A stretch of 64,000 nt of DNA from Deltaproteobacteria bacterium (GCA_033763315.1 JANRKS010000040.1:1-64000); one strand, 5' to 3'. Counted from the first letter of the stretch, positions 26,467 to 37,061 are shown. Notes: generated by a model from the letters alone, not told the origin. Numbers and translations: made by a program.

Positions 26467-28584
26467 ATGGCAAAAGCGCTGTTCTTGTTGGCCACGTTGT
26501 TTGTGTCCGCGTGTTCTGGAGCCGTAAGCGGTCAAGATCACGAGCCCTCCTCAGGCCCGACCGGCCCCAACGCACCGGGGGAAGATCCGAGCCCCGGCGA
26601 TAAACCCGATACACCTGCCACCGACACCCCAATTGGTTTGGCGGGCGTGCAAGGCATTCTTGGTTGCCCCACTGTGCCCTTGCCAGCGTATGGCTCGCCA
26701 CCTGTGGCCACGCTTTCGAAACCGTTTCAAAGCAACTGCGCCGCCTGCCATGGCGGTGCGGGTGAAGGCAGCGCGAAATACCCCGCGCTGCCGGGGAAAC
26801 TGTCGCTGCCTGAATTCATCGCAAAGGTGCGTTCAGGCATCAATGAAATGCCGGCGTTCGCGGCGTCGTTTATTTCGGACGCACAGTTGACCGCCGATTT
26901 CGATGCGTTGAAAAAGGGTGCACAGCCAGCTTCGGCACAAGTGGACGTGCCCCTCACCTGGTCACAAGGCAAGCTGGATGAAATTTACACCCAGGGGCTG
27001 CAGGTGTGGCGCAAGCCCGGAAGCATTGATGGGCAAGCGTGCACCAATTGCCACAGCGCCGATGGCGTGGAGATGGCGATCATTGGCTTTACCGACGATG
27101 CCATTTTGAGGCGGGCGCAACAGCACTTGTCGGCCGAAGACGCGCTGGTCGTGCGAGACTTTGTGCACGCACAACGCCGCCGGTTCAACATCGCCAAGGT
27201 TTGTTCGCCTGATTGGCGTCCGTTTCAACCGGGCGGCGAAGTGCTGCCTGGCAACACGCCGAACGAGCAAGACGCTTCATTCTTGGCTGAGCTGCAAAAA
27301 CGCAAGCTGCTGGTGGCCACGGGAAAAGTGGTCACGTTGGCCGACGCGCAAAAGGCGCTGGCCGAGCTGCAAGCGATCGATCTTCGCCAGTTGCCCATCG
27401 GCATTCCCCTGCCCCGTTGGAGCGAAGACAAATTCAACGGACCCGCACATCGAGACATCAACGACTATATGGCGCCCATTCCAACGGTCCCGAACCGGCC
27501 CGAAGAATACTTTGCGGTGGAAGATGAGTATCTGCGCGCGCCAACCGATCAAAACCTTTACAAGGTGCTGGATCAGAACCGCAAGAACATGAACGACTTG
27601 GGTTTTGCCAAGAAGAACAGCACCCCACACATGGGAGGCAACTGCCCCGCGTTCAACGAGAGCACGGGCTGGATCCTACAGCGAATCACCCAGCCGAAAC
27701 GGCTCAGCACGCTGCTGGCAGCTCACCTCTTTCGGCAAGAGCTTGCCAAGCCGGGAAGCTTCTACAAACGTCCGGCATCCCCCTTTCCTGATGCCCCCGC
27801 AGCCGCAAACCCCGCGTTTTTCATGGGTGCCTTTGCGATTGAGCCCCCGTGTTACGACGCGGTCAACTATTCCAGCTGGATCAAAGCCTTTCCCAGCGGT
27901 TTTCGCGATGAGTTTCCGGAATCAGATCTCAAAGCGGGCGTGGTTGAAAACGCCACCGACCGGATCACGCATGTGTGGATGACGTTGGGGCAGGTGATGG
28001 ATCCTACGCTCATCGCAACGGATCCGATGCAGGACAACAAGATTCACTATTGGGCGTTTCGCAATTTCAAGCAGAGCGAAGTGCATCTTCCGTTCATGTA
28101 CGTTCACCGCATGGCCATGCAGGCCCTTTACCGGACCAAGATGCTAAAGACGGAACAGTTCCCCAAGATCAGCGGGCCCTTCGATGAAGCCAACCGCGAT
28201 TGGCTGCATCCCTTCCTTGCCACGCGGACGCAAAACAGCGCGGGTCTGCGCAGCGCCGCGGATCCGGAAGCGAAAGGCTTTCCGGGCGTGGCCGTGAACC
28301 GCTTTAAGGGCAACCTCCTACGCATGATGTTACTCATCAGCCAAGATCTATTGAAGTCGGGCATGCCGATTCAAACCGAACAAAACAGCGACCACTGCTT
28401 GTCGCTGTTCTGCAACTACGGTGAAATGCGTGGATTTACATCAGACCTCAAAGCGCAAGCGAGCAAAGCCTCCGCGAAGGCAATCTACGACGCGCAAGGT
28501 TTCGACTTGGATCTGTACATGAAGGACACGGACGCCCTGCTGACCAACGTTGAAGCGCTGGCCACCAAAGCGCCGCGCCGGTAA
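26467..28584 (+). CDS. c-type cytochrome lipoprotein (two CxxCH) with large unknown C-terminal domain
   Basis: Lipobox VSAC; CAACH plus MPAF; CTNCH. Confidence 0.8.
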   Translation: MAKALFLLATLFVSACSGAVSGQDHEPSSGPTGPNAPGEDPSPGDKPDTPATDTPIGLAGVQGILGCPTVPLPAYGSPPVATLSKPFQSNCAACHGGAGEGSAKYPALPGKLSLPEFIAKVRSGINEMPAFAASFISDAQLTADFDALKKGAQPASAQVDVPLTWSQGKLDEIYTQGLQVWRKPGSIDGQACTNCHSADGVEMAIIGFTDDAILRRAQQHLSAEDALVVRDFVHAQRRRFNIAKVCSPDWRPFQPGGEVLPGNTPNEQDASFLAELQKRKLLVATGKVVTLADAQKALAELQAIDLRQLPIGIPLPRWSEDKFNGPAHRDINDYMAPIPTVPNRPEEYFAVEDEYLRAPTDQNLYKVLDQNRKNMNDLGFAKKNSTPHMGGNCPAFNESTGWILQRITQPKRLSTLLAAHLFRQELAKPGSFYKRPASPFPDAPAAANPAFFMGAFAIEPPCYDAVNYSSWIKAFPSGFRDEFPESDLKAGVVENATDRITHVWMTLGQVMDPTLIATDPMQDNKIHYWAFRNFKQSEVHLPFMYVHRMAMQALYRTKMLKTEQFPKISGPFDEANRDWLHPFLATRTQNSAGLRSAADPEAKGFPGVAVNRFKGNLLRMMLLISQDLLKSGMPIQTEQNSDHCLSLFCNYGEMRGFTSDLKAQASKASAKAIYDAQGFDLDLYMKDTDALLTNVEALATKAPRR

Positions 28585-28621
28585 ACATGACGATCACAGC
28601 CGCGCGCCTTCCCTTGCAGGG

Positions 28622-29806
28622 TTATTGCGCGCGGCACATGGCCGATTCGTCCACAACACCGTATGCAAGATCGATCAGATTGGGCCCCATGGGCCCGTTG
28701 ATCTTCTCCCACGTCACGCCGTCCAAGCTGCGGTAAAAACCTGTGCCGGCTTGAGTGATGCCAACGTAGGTGCCGGCTGGGCTGCGCGCCACAACGTTCA
28801 CTTTAATGCCCACCGGTTTGAAGATCATTGACGCCCAAGACTCACCATCGGTGCTCACATAGGCACGGCTAACGGACGGCGCATAAAAGTGATCACCCGC
28901 CCACACGACTTTGCCGATCACGCCGCCACCGACGCTGCCCGATTTCACAACCTTCCCATCGACCAGCTTGCAGAAGTTGCCCTTCGCCGACATCACCACG
29001 AAAGCGTTGCCCCCGAAGGCCGCACCGCCCAGCTGCCCAAGGTTGCTGAAATCCATGCCGGGGCACCCTGTGGCCTTAATGAAGGTTTTGCCCTGGTTCC
29101 ACGTGACAACGGGTGTGAGATCACTGCCGCCGCCTGCCACAGCCGGACCTCCGCCGCCTGCGCCCCGCACGTGATACCCATGCCCGGAAGGTCCACCAGG
29201 CATCCACGTGACCCCACCGTCGCGGGACACACGTGAACCAAACGAATCAACGCCGACGAACGCGCCCATCGAAAAGCCCAAGCCACCAAATGTGTAATCC
29301 TTCACTTCGGATCGCTGCCACGTCACGCCGTCGCGGCTACGTTTGATGCGCGCGTAATTGCCCCAGCCGCTCACTTGCACAAACGTGCCGTCGCCATAAG
29401 CAAAGCCTTTGTGGGTGTAGGGCGAATGATCTTCGTTGGCGTTCTCGATCACTTCTTGTGCGATCCAAGTCTTGCCATCGTCACAGGAAGTCACGGTGCG
29501 GCCGCCATTGCCTGCCGCCACAAACACTCCCACTTTGCCCATGGGTATCACGACGGCGTCGGGTGCACCTGCATCGCCGTTGGCGCTCGCGCTTCCAGCA
29601 TCGCCCGCATTCTGCATATCCGTGCGGCCACCGGCGGCATTGCCACCGTGATCGCCGTTGCCCGCTTGGCCGCCCTCGCCTGCACCGCCCACGGCTTCAC
29701 CACCTTCCCCACCAGAATCGTCATTCACAGTGGACGGCCCATTGGCACTGCTGCAAGCACACAAAAAAGCGCTGACGCCTAGAACAACGACGAAGTTTCG
29801 AGCCAT
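28622..29806 (-). CDS. BNR/Asp-box repeat lipoprotein
   Basis: Lipobox LCAC; Gly-rich linker; S.DG.TW repeats. Confidence 0.8.
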   Translation of the reverse strand: MARNFVVVLGVSAFLCACSSANGPSTVNDDSGGEGGEAVGGAGEGGQAGNGDHGGNAAGGRTDMQNAGDAGSASANGDAGAPDAVVIPMGKVGVFVAAGNGGRTVTSCDDGKTWIAQEVIENANEDHSPYTHKGFAYGDGTFVQVSGWGNYARIKRSRDGVTWQRSEVKDYTFGGLGFSMGAFVGVDSFGSRVSRDGGVTWMPGGPSGHGYHVRGAGGGGPAVAGGGSDLTPVVTWNQGKTFIKATGCPGMDFSNLGQLGGAAFGGNAFVVMSAKGNFCKLVDGKVVKSGSVGGGVIGKVVWAGDHFYAPSVSRAYVSTDGESWASMIFKPVGIKVNVVARSPAGTYVGITQAGTGFYRSLDGVTWEKINGPMGPNLIDLAYGVVDESAMCRAQ

Positions 29807-30096
29807 ACGAACCTCCTGCTGGCTCACCGATTGAATCAGATGCCCCAACAGGATAGCTCAACTATCGGCCCGAACGATCGTTCGATGAATCGCCTAGGCC
29901 GTAAGGCATGGCCAAAACGCCGTGGGGGAGCCTTGAGCATCTTAAACGCTCACGGTCGACGCGGACGCATCATCACGCATCCCGGTGCGTTTGACGGGCA
30001 CGGGCAGCCCAGCGGGACCCACAAGTTCGATCGCCCGTGCGTACGGCCACCACCTCGTGGCACAAGTCCCCGCGCCCCGCACCACACCTGCCAAGT

Positions 30097-31176
30097 TTAC
30101 GAATTGTCGTCGGGCAGGCTCTGTCGCCCTTTGGCGTTCAGCGCGATGATCTCCGCATTGACGGTGGCATTGACGAAATCGTAGCTAACGATGTTTGGCA
30201 ACGAATAGTTGCGCACCGGTAGGGTTGAGTACATGACGCGGGGTTGGGTTACAACCTTCTTGCGTAACGCCCCCACCTTCTTCGATTCCTCCGCTTGCAC
30301 CTCGAAATCAAGGGGCACGCTTTTGGGCCCCATCCCCTTCATGAGGCGCAGCATGAAGGACGTGGATTCGTGCGTGCCACCGTGAACCTTGCCATCGCTA
30401 AAGCGATAGAACGGCCTTTGCTTGGTGGTGCCGTCCTGAATGCCTGTGGTCGACGCTGGATTAACATAGGTCTTTTGCCAATACACCTGCCACAGGTGTG
30501 TGCCGTTGACGTTGTGTTTGGCGTTGTGCTCGTACTGCCCCTTCAACCCATTGGTCATCACCTGGTGCAGCTTATGGGTGCCCGAATAACATCCACAGGT
30601 GCTGATGCCACGATCGTTCGCGGGGTTTTTGCTGTGCTTTGTATAGCCGTGGATCCCTTCACCCTGACTGATGACGTTGCCAAACTTGTCTTCGTCGAAG
30701 ATGCACACCAAGCCTCCGCCGTTGCTGACGATCTCGCCCAGCGTTTTGGTGCATAAATTCCCTGTGCCCTTGTGAAGCGCGCCCACGCCGCTGAGCTTCG
30801 CAATCTGGTGTGCTTCCGTGGAAGCCGACGTGTGCGAGATGCGGAAGATGATCACCTCCGTGCGATGGCTCTTCCAAAACTTGGCCGCCCCCTCCAGCAC
30901 TTCATCCACAGACGTTTTGCTGAAGGCGCCCTGGCCAGCCGTGGTGTGATGTGCGACAACCTGCTTCTTGTGCGTGGCCAGCCGGAGATCGAAAAAACGC
31001 GTGCCCACCGCCAGCTGTTCAAGGATGGTCAGATCCTGGGTCGCAGCGTTTGAGTTGGTGCCGAACAGCGTCTTGTCGATGAAGTTTTTCGTGGTGCCGG
31101 CATCGTGGCTGCCTGGCAGGTGCATGTCGCCAAGTTTGCGGTCTTGATACTGTGCCATCCAATCCGTCTGTGCCAT
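30097..31176 (-). CDS. PI-PLC X-domain phosphodiesterase
   Basis: WM...LPGSHDAG, TQDLTILEQL..GTRFFDLRL; GGAG RBS; no signal peptide. Confidence 0.85.
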   Translation of the reverse strand: MAQTDWMAQYQDRKLGDMHLPGSHDAGTTKNFIDKTLFGTNSNAATQDLTILEQLAVGTRFFDLRLATHKKQVVAHHTTAGQGAFSKTSVDEVLEGAAKFWKSHRTEVIIFRISHTSASTEAHQIAKLSGVGALHKGTGNLCTKTLGEIVSNGGGLVCIFDEDKFGNVISQGEGIHGYTKHSKNPANDRGISTCGCYSGTHKLHQVMTNGLKGQYEHNAKHNVNGTHLWQVYWQKTYVNPASTTGIQDGTTKQRPFYRFSDGKVHGGTHESTSFMLRLMKGMGPKSVPLDFEVQAEESKKVGALRKKVVTQPRVMYSTLPVRNYSLPNIVSYDFVNATVNAEIIALNAKGRQSLPDDNS

Positions 31177-31457
31177 CGCCCGGGGCTCCTTTGATCAAAG
31201 ACAACTCAAACCGCCGCATTGTCGTGCAAGTCCGGATTTCAATCAAACGTTGTCTCAGTTTCGCTCGCGATCAAACGCACGCAAGTAGGAGGGTTTGGCG
31301 TGACCCTTGGGCTTTTGCCCCTTGAGGTGACAGTCGCGAGAACGCTCTAAATAGTTACCGAGACAACTCAAGAACGACGAGCGCTATGTCGAGGAACATC
31401 GGGCTCCGCCTTTTGGGGACGGGGAATCTTCAACCACATCCTTCACCGAGGATCCTC

Positions 31458-33932
31458 ATGAAACCGTTCCAGGCCGGCGCCACACTACTTGTTCTTTCGC
31501 TCATCACGGTCACCACCGGGTGTGGCAGCGGTGGCGGACGTTCTCCGGACAGCGGCACCATCACGGCGGGAAGCGGAGGCTCGGGCGTGGATGCGATGAG
31601 CGCTGGAGGTATGGGTCTAGGGTCGACGGGTGGAACCGGCATTGATGCGATGGTTGCCGAAGGTGGCAGTGGCGGGTCGGTCGTGCCGGACGCCGCCGCG
31701 GACGCCTTGGCGGCAGATGGTGGCAGGGCAGACGCTGAGGGCGCCGATACGGCGGTGAACGAATGCGAGGCGACGATTAAACCATGCAGCGCAAATGCGA
31801 TTTGCACGGACACACCCAGCAGTTACACCTGCGAATGCAAAGCCGGATACAGCGGCAATGGTGTGACATGCGTTGATGTCGACGAATGTGCAACGAACAA
31901 CGGCGGATGCAGCGCAGACGCCATCTGTTCCAACACAGCCGGTGCGCGCGAGTGCACATGCAAGAGCGGCTTTAGTGGCGACGGCATCACGTGCGTAGAT
32001 ATCAATGAGTGCGCCACCAACAACGGTGATTGCGATTCCTTGGTGGTCTGCACAAACACGCCTGGTTCGCACACGTGCGGCAACTGCCCTGCCGGCTACT
32101 CTGGTGGCGGCGCAGGTGCATGCACAGACATCAACGAATGCACTTCGGGCACAGCCAACTGCGCCGCAGACGCAGACTGCACAAATAGCGCAGGCAGTTT
32201 TTCATGCACGTGTAAAGGAGGCTTCACCGGCACGGGCGCAAGCTGCAACGCGTGTGCAACGTGCGCCGCAGGGTCCTATGAGACCGCGGCGTGCACCGCC
32301 ACCACCGACACCACGTGCGGCGCGTGCCCGAGCGGATGCACAACATGCAGCAGCGCCAGCATTTGCACGGCATGCGCGCCAGGCCATTACATGTACCTTG
32401 GCATGTGCGTCCCTTGTTCAACCTGCGGCGATGGGCAGTATCAATCGAGTGCCTGCTCAGCAACACAAAACACCGTATGCACCAGCTGTTCGGTGTGCGG
32501 CAACGGGCAGTATCAAACCATGGCATGTGCAGCCACCACCAACGCCACGTGCAGCACATGCTCGGTGTGCCCGGTCGGCAAGTACGCCTCCACGGCGTGC
32601 ACGGCCACCAGCGACACGGTCTGTGGAACGTGCGACGCAGGTTGTGACGCGTGCAGTGGCACAGGCCAATGCACTGTTTGCTCCGCGGGCTATGCCCTCA
32701 ATGGGGGCTCATGTGTCAAGAAGGGCAAGAGCTGCCTGGCTTTGCACACGGGCGATTCACAATTGCCTGATGGAATTTATCAGCTGGACCCAGACGCCGC
32801 GGGCGCGGGCGAGCCGTTCTTCGCATACTGCGACATGACCACCGACGGCGGTGGGTGGATGAAGATACTGCAGTACAAAGATGCAGCCTACACGCCCACG
32901 TCAGCCGCCGTTGGCACGATCGCCGTGGCAGGAACCAACGCCATGGCCAAGATGGCCGACGCAAACGTAAATGCCTTGGCGAAGATATGGCCGCAGCGGG
33001 AATATCGCTTTGCCGGAGCAACTTCAACGAAGAAGCTGTTCATCAAATCCAGTGTCGATTGGAACGATACCGCACGGGGCGAAGGCTTGGTCTTGACTGG
33101 TACGACCATGGCGTGTGAATCCACCACCAACTGCACGTATGTCAGCGTGACGACCCCAGGGGGCAGGCCCACAATCGATTCGAATGACTGGACACCCTCA
33201 TCAATCGCAGGTGCGAACAACATCGATCGCTACTTCACGGATTACAGCGCGCCCATTCATTGTTTCGCCACAAATGACTCCACGAAGCGCTGCTACTGTT
33301 CTGGCGCCACAACTAACCATGCCATGATTCAGAATTTATCGATTTGGGTCCGTGAAGATCCGATCTCCAGTGCCGCCGTACTCACTTATCAAGCTGACGA
33401 GAACGCTGGAGCCACGGTCGCTGATAGCTCGGGGCGCATGCTCAACGCGACGCTCGTTTCGGGCACATGGGACGTCGGCCACACAGGAAGCGGCATCGCA
33501 GGGGCGTTTGTGACCAACGCTGACGTGCCGGTTACAACCGATGTGACCGTGTCGCTGTGGGTGCGCCGTGATGGCGCTGGGAACGCCTACTCGCGCATCT
33601 TGGGGTGGCAGAACGATCGTCTCGAACTTGCAGATTTCGCCTCCCAAGGCAAATTGGGCGTCTACACGCCGGGCATCGGTTGGCAAAATACAGGCGTGAC
33701 CTTCGCCAGTGGCTTTCATCACGTGGCGGTGACGGTGGGCGGCGGCACGGTCACGGTCTACTACGACGGTGTCAGCGTTTACACCCACGCAGGCTCCGTA
33801 AACCTGAGCGGACCAATCATGTTGGGTCGCCGTTGGAGCGGCGGTGAGGCATGGGTTGGAGCCATCGACCAAGTGCGCGTGTTCAACACCGCGCTCAGCG
33901 CCGCGCAGATCGCAGTACTAGCGCAGGAATAG
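31458..33932 (+). CDS. EGF/TNFR-like Cys-rich, fibrinogen-like and LamG domain surface protein
   Basis: D(V/I)(D/N)EC Ca-EGF repeats, ACTATTDTTC repeats, YCDMTTDGGGW, FHHVAVT...GAIDQVRVFN. Confidence 0.88.
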   Translation: MKPFQAGATLLVLSLITVTTGCGSGGGRSPDSGTITAGSGGSGVDAMSAGGMGLGSTGGTGIDAMVAEGGSGGSVVPDAAADALAADGGRADAEGADTAVNECEATIKPCSANAICTDTPSSYTCECKAGYSGNGVTCVDVDECATNNGGCSADAICSNTAGARECTCKSGFSGDGITCVDINECATNNGDCDSLVVCTNTPGSHTCGNCPAGYSGGGAGACTDINECTSGTANCAADADCTNSAGSFSCTCKGGFTGTGASCNACATCAAGSYETAACTATTDTTCGACPSGCTTCSSASICTACAPGHYMYLGMCVPCSTCGDGQYQSSACSATQNTVCTSCSVCGNGQYQTMACAATTNATCSTCSVCPVGKYASTACTATSDTVCGTCDAGCDACSGTGQCTVCSAGYALNGGSCVKKGKSCLALHTGDSQLPDGIYQLDPDAAGAGEPFFAYCDMTTDGGGWMKILQYKDAAYTPTSAAVGTIAVAGTNAMAKMADANVNALAKIWPQREYRFAGATSTKKLFIKSSVDWNDTARGEGLVLTGTTMACESTTNCTYVSVTTPGGRPTIDSNDWTPSSIAGANNIDRYFTDYSAPIHCFATNDSTKRCYCSGATTNHAMIQNLSIWVREDPISSAAVLTYQADENAGATVADSSGRMLNATLVSGTWDVGHTGSGIAGAFVTNADVPVTTDVTVSLWVRRDGAGNAYSRILGWQNDRLELADFASQGKLGVYTPGIGWQNTGVTFASGFHHVAVTVGGGTVTVYYDGVSVYTHAGSVNLSGPIMLGRRWSGGEAWVGAIDQVRVFNTALSAAQIAVLAQE

Positions 33933-33960
33933 ACGGCGCGCGCCGCTGCTCGACGTCCTG

Positions 33961-34833
33961 TCAGACGAGGATGTCGAGCAGCTGCACCCGTGTAAGGTAT
34001 CCCTCAAGCACCGCAACCGAGTCTTCGATCAGCAAATCAAGTTCGATCGTGACGACGCGGTTTCCCGATCGGATTACGGTGCCAGAGATCACCAGCTCTT
34101 GGCCTGCCAGATCGGCGATGCCCGAAAGCCATTCGCCCACGGCCGGCAAGGTTGCAGGCCCATCGGGCCACGCCATGGTCACGTGAGTGCGGGACAGTTC
34201 CACAACGGGCGCGCGCCCCACGTCTACGCGGACATGTGACGCAAGCGTGGGCGGCGGCGCCACGCGGTAATTCACCCGGCGGTTGTTCACGATCAAGCGA
34301 TCGAGCGTGCTGTGGATGGGCGCTGACACGGGCGTGTCTTTTGATTCGAGAACCAAATCGCGCAGCGCCTTAAGCGATTTTTGTGTGGTGATGAGATTGC
34401 CGCGCATGTCGGCCAGGCGCCGCTGATCGCGGTGCAATTTGTGAGCGGACATCGCCAACAAATTGCTTAACAAGCGTATCCCCACGGCAGGATGCCGGGC
34501 AAACAACTGAGTGATGGCGGTCTCATCCAGCTCCCACACCTCGGCCGTGGCGGAGGCAACCGCACGACCGTTGCGCTCGCAGCCCACGACAGCGCCAAGC
34601 TCGCCTATCACAGCGGGTGGGCGCAAAGTGAAGGTGTCCTCGCCGGCGATCTGCAACGTCACCTCGCCTGCGGTAAGCACGTAAAGGCTGCGGGCTGTGT
34701 CGCCAACCTCGAAGAGGATGCCGCCGGGAGGCGAAGCGGCCGTAAACTTCGCACTTAACTCAACCAACGGCTCCTCCGGAATGTCTTGGAACAAGGCGAT
34801 CGTGCGAAGGTGGTCAAGGCGAGGTCCAGGCAT
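33961..34833 (-). CDS. cNMP-binding domain protein with PilZ-like C-terminus
   Basis: LF, LYVL..GEV, GELG...R cNMP cassette; RRVNYR...ELS...GTVIR. Confidence 0.8.
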   Translation of the reverse strand: MPGPRLDHLRTIALFQDIPEEPLVELSAKFTAASPPGGILFEVGDTARSLYVLTAGEVTLQIAGEDTFTLRPPAVIGELGAVVGCERNGRAVASATAEVWELDETAITQLFARHPAVGIRLLSNLLAMSAHKLHRDQRRLADMRGNLITTQKSLKALRDLVLESKDTPVSAPIHSTLDRLIVNNRRVNYRVAPPPTLASHVRVDVGRAPVVELSRTHVTMAWPDGPATLPAVGEWLSGIADLAGQELVISGTVIRSGNRVVTIELDLLIEDSVAVLEGYLTRVQLLDILV

Positions 34834-35039
34834 CGCAGGAGTTTACACCTCAATGCGCAAGCCCGAAATTGCGGCCAACAACTCCATCATATCGCTCATG
34901 ATTCTCGGCCCCGTTGGTCCCCCCACAGAAATTTGAGCCTAGGCATAACGAGCTATGAGCGACCAAGCTCCCGCCGAAACCTGCGCCTCAAGCACACCTT
35001 TACGTGACCCTGCCTGCGTTTCCCTTATATAGAGGGCGC

Positions 35040-36509
35040 ATGAAATCTCTGCTCGCTGCTCTCGCGTTGGTTTGTGCCCTGCCACAAGTGGTTTGGGCGC
35101 AGACGCTGCTGACACCCGGGTACCAATTCAATTCAGACCCCACCTGCCGGGAACTCAACGGCAGACTTTATCTTTTCACCACGCACGACCAAAGCACCGT
35201 GAACTTTCAAGGGCCAGAGGATTTCTGGCACAGCATGTTCGACTACCATGCCTACAGCACCACAGACTTCAAGCATTGGATCGATCACGGCTCCGCCTTA
35301 AGCATTCACGACGCCGCCTGGGCGACCGATCTTTCAGTTTGGGATGGCGACCTGGGGATCCCCGCCAACGGAAAGTTCTATGCTTACGTTCCGTTTCGCA
35401 GCAAAGGGTTCGAGATTGGCGTACTCGTGGCCGACAGGCCTGAAGGGCCCTACCGCGATCCGCTAGGCAAACCCCTGATGACCACGGCGATCATGCGTGA
35501 GCATGGCATTGCTTTAAAGACAGAAGCGCAACCCAAGCAGGCAGACTCCCAAAGCCCAACGATCGTGCGAGACGAAAATGGCGTTCCGTACTTGCTGTTC
35601 GGTCAAATGCGCGTGTTCGCTGTGAAGTTGAAGCCCAGCATGACGGAGCTTGACGGAAAGGTCTTTGAGATCGACGTGCCCTTGCGAGGGGGCGAAGCCA
35701 CCGAATACGTGGAGGGCCCGTGGATTCACCGCATGGGCAACAAGTTTTACTTCTCATACATGACGTACAAGAACTGGGAAGGTAAGACGAATTCCAATTT
35801 CACGAACGAAGATCCCGCGGGGCCGTACATTCAGTATGCGGTTTCGGACAAACTGTTCGGGCCCTATGCCAAGCCAAAGCATTGGATTTATCCAGTGGCG
35901 CCCGATGCCGCAAACAACCAGCATGGCGTGTGCACATACAAAGGCCAGTGGTACGTGGCATATCACGTGCCGTATGAAGGCAAACAACACAGGCAGGTGG
36001 CCATCACGCGGCTGCGCACCAACAAACATGGTGACCTGCTGCCGATTTATCCCGGCAAGGATCCGGGGGTTGTCCCGAAGGATTCTGTAAGCTTGGTTCT
36101 AGACGCTTTTGCGCACAAGCGTGAAGCTGAAGAGTTCCATACGCGTCGTGATGCGTTCGAAGAGCGCGGTAAGAAGCAGGATTTTCACTTTAAGCTCAAG
36201 CAGGACGGCTTTCTGCACTTCCGCAATGTCGATTTCGGCGCGGGCGCCACTGGCTTCAAGGCGCATGTGAGCTGCGAGAACAGCAAAATTCACGACGCGC
36301 GGCTCGAGTTTCATCTCGACGCCCCCGATGGCCCCAAGATCGGTGAATCACCGGTACGCTTTACATATTGGATCACGTATTACCAGGAGCTCACCGGCGC
36401 CGTGCAAGGAGCCAAGGGCGTTCACGACGTCTACCTGGTGGCCAAGGGCGAAGGCGGGGATGCTTACGGTCGCCTATTCAACGTGGATTGGTTTACCTTC
36501 ACGCGGTGA
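35040..36509 (+). CDS. GH43 glycoside hydrolase with CBM6
   Basis: SDP, YSTTD..HW.DHG, PEGPYRDPLGKP, YVEGPW; NVDFGAG, GVHDVYL, FNVDWFTF. Confidence 0.9.
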   Translation: MKSLLAALALVCALPQVVWAQTLLTPGYQFNSDPTCRELNGRLYLFTTHDQSTVNFQGPEDFWHSMFDYHAYSTTDFKHWIDHGSALSIHDAAWATDLSVWDGDLGIPANGKFYAYVPFRSKGFEIGVLVADRPEGPYRDPLGKPLMTTAIMREHGIALKTEAQPKQADSQSPTIVRDENGVPYLLFGQMRVFAVKLKPSMTELDGKVFEIDVPLRGGEATEYVEGPWIHRMGNKFYFSYMTYKNWEGKTNSNFTNEDPAGPYIQYAVSDKLFGPYAKPKHWIYPVAPDAANNQHGVCTYKGQWYVAYHVPYEGKQHRQVAITRLRTNKHGDLLPIYPGKDPGVVPKDSVSLVLDAFAHKREAEEFHTRRDAFEERGKKQDFHFKLKQDGFLHFRNVDFGAGATGFKAHVSCENSKIHDARLEFHLDAPDGPKIGESPVRFTYWITYYQELTGAVQGAKGVHDVYLVAKGEGGDAYGRLFNVDWFTFTR

Positions 36510-36568
36510 AGGCGACGGCCCGTGGCACCGCCGTGACCGATCTGCCGAGGGCCTGCTAGGATGCTGCG

Positions 36569-36994
36569 ATGGCACCAAGAGCAGCTGTGTTTTGGGCATG
36601 CGTCGGCGCACTCTGCGCGTGCGGCAACACCAAAACTGACTCGTGCTTAGACACGTGGGAACGGCGCACGTCCACGCTGGCGCCATGTGCACCCACGAAC
36701 ACGTGCGCGCAGCTCAGCGCGCAACCTGAGATTCAAGCGTCGTTTGTGATCGACCTTGCTGGCGATCCAAGCGTGCGGGGCCCCGATGGTTCGTTCGTTG
36801 TGGTTCCTGAAGGGCAACGGCTGGCAAACTGGAATTGTATGGCGGGGGCGCTCCGTGAGCGCGGTGTGAGCTCCGTTGCGCCTTATCAATCATCCTCGAA
36901 CGTCGCGGTGACGGGCACTTGGTCCCAGATTCAAGATGTGCGCGGCTTCCGTCTCGTGCTTGGCATTGCCGTCACCTGCCCCGACTGCCGGTAG
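36569..36994 (+). CDS. hypothetical lipoprotein
   Basis: Lipobox LCAC; TG-n-TAGGAT ending 6 nt upstream of the ATG. Confidence 0.65.
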   Translation: MAPRAAVFWACVGALCACGNTKTDSCLDTWERRTSTLAPCAPTNTCAQLSAQPEIQASFVIDLAGDPSVRGPDGSFVVVPEGQRLANWNCMAGALRERGVSSVAPYQSSSNVAVTGTWSQIQDVRGFRLVLGIAVTCPDCR

Positions 36995-37061
36995 CGGAGC
37001 CTTGTGGCCCAAGCTCCAACAAAGCCAACCAAAGCCTCGCCATCGCGTAAGCTATTGTGAC

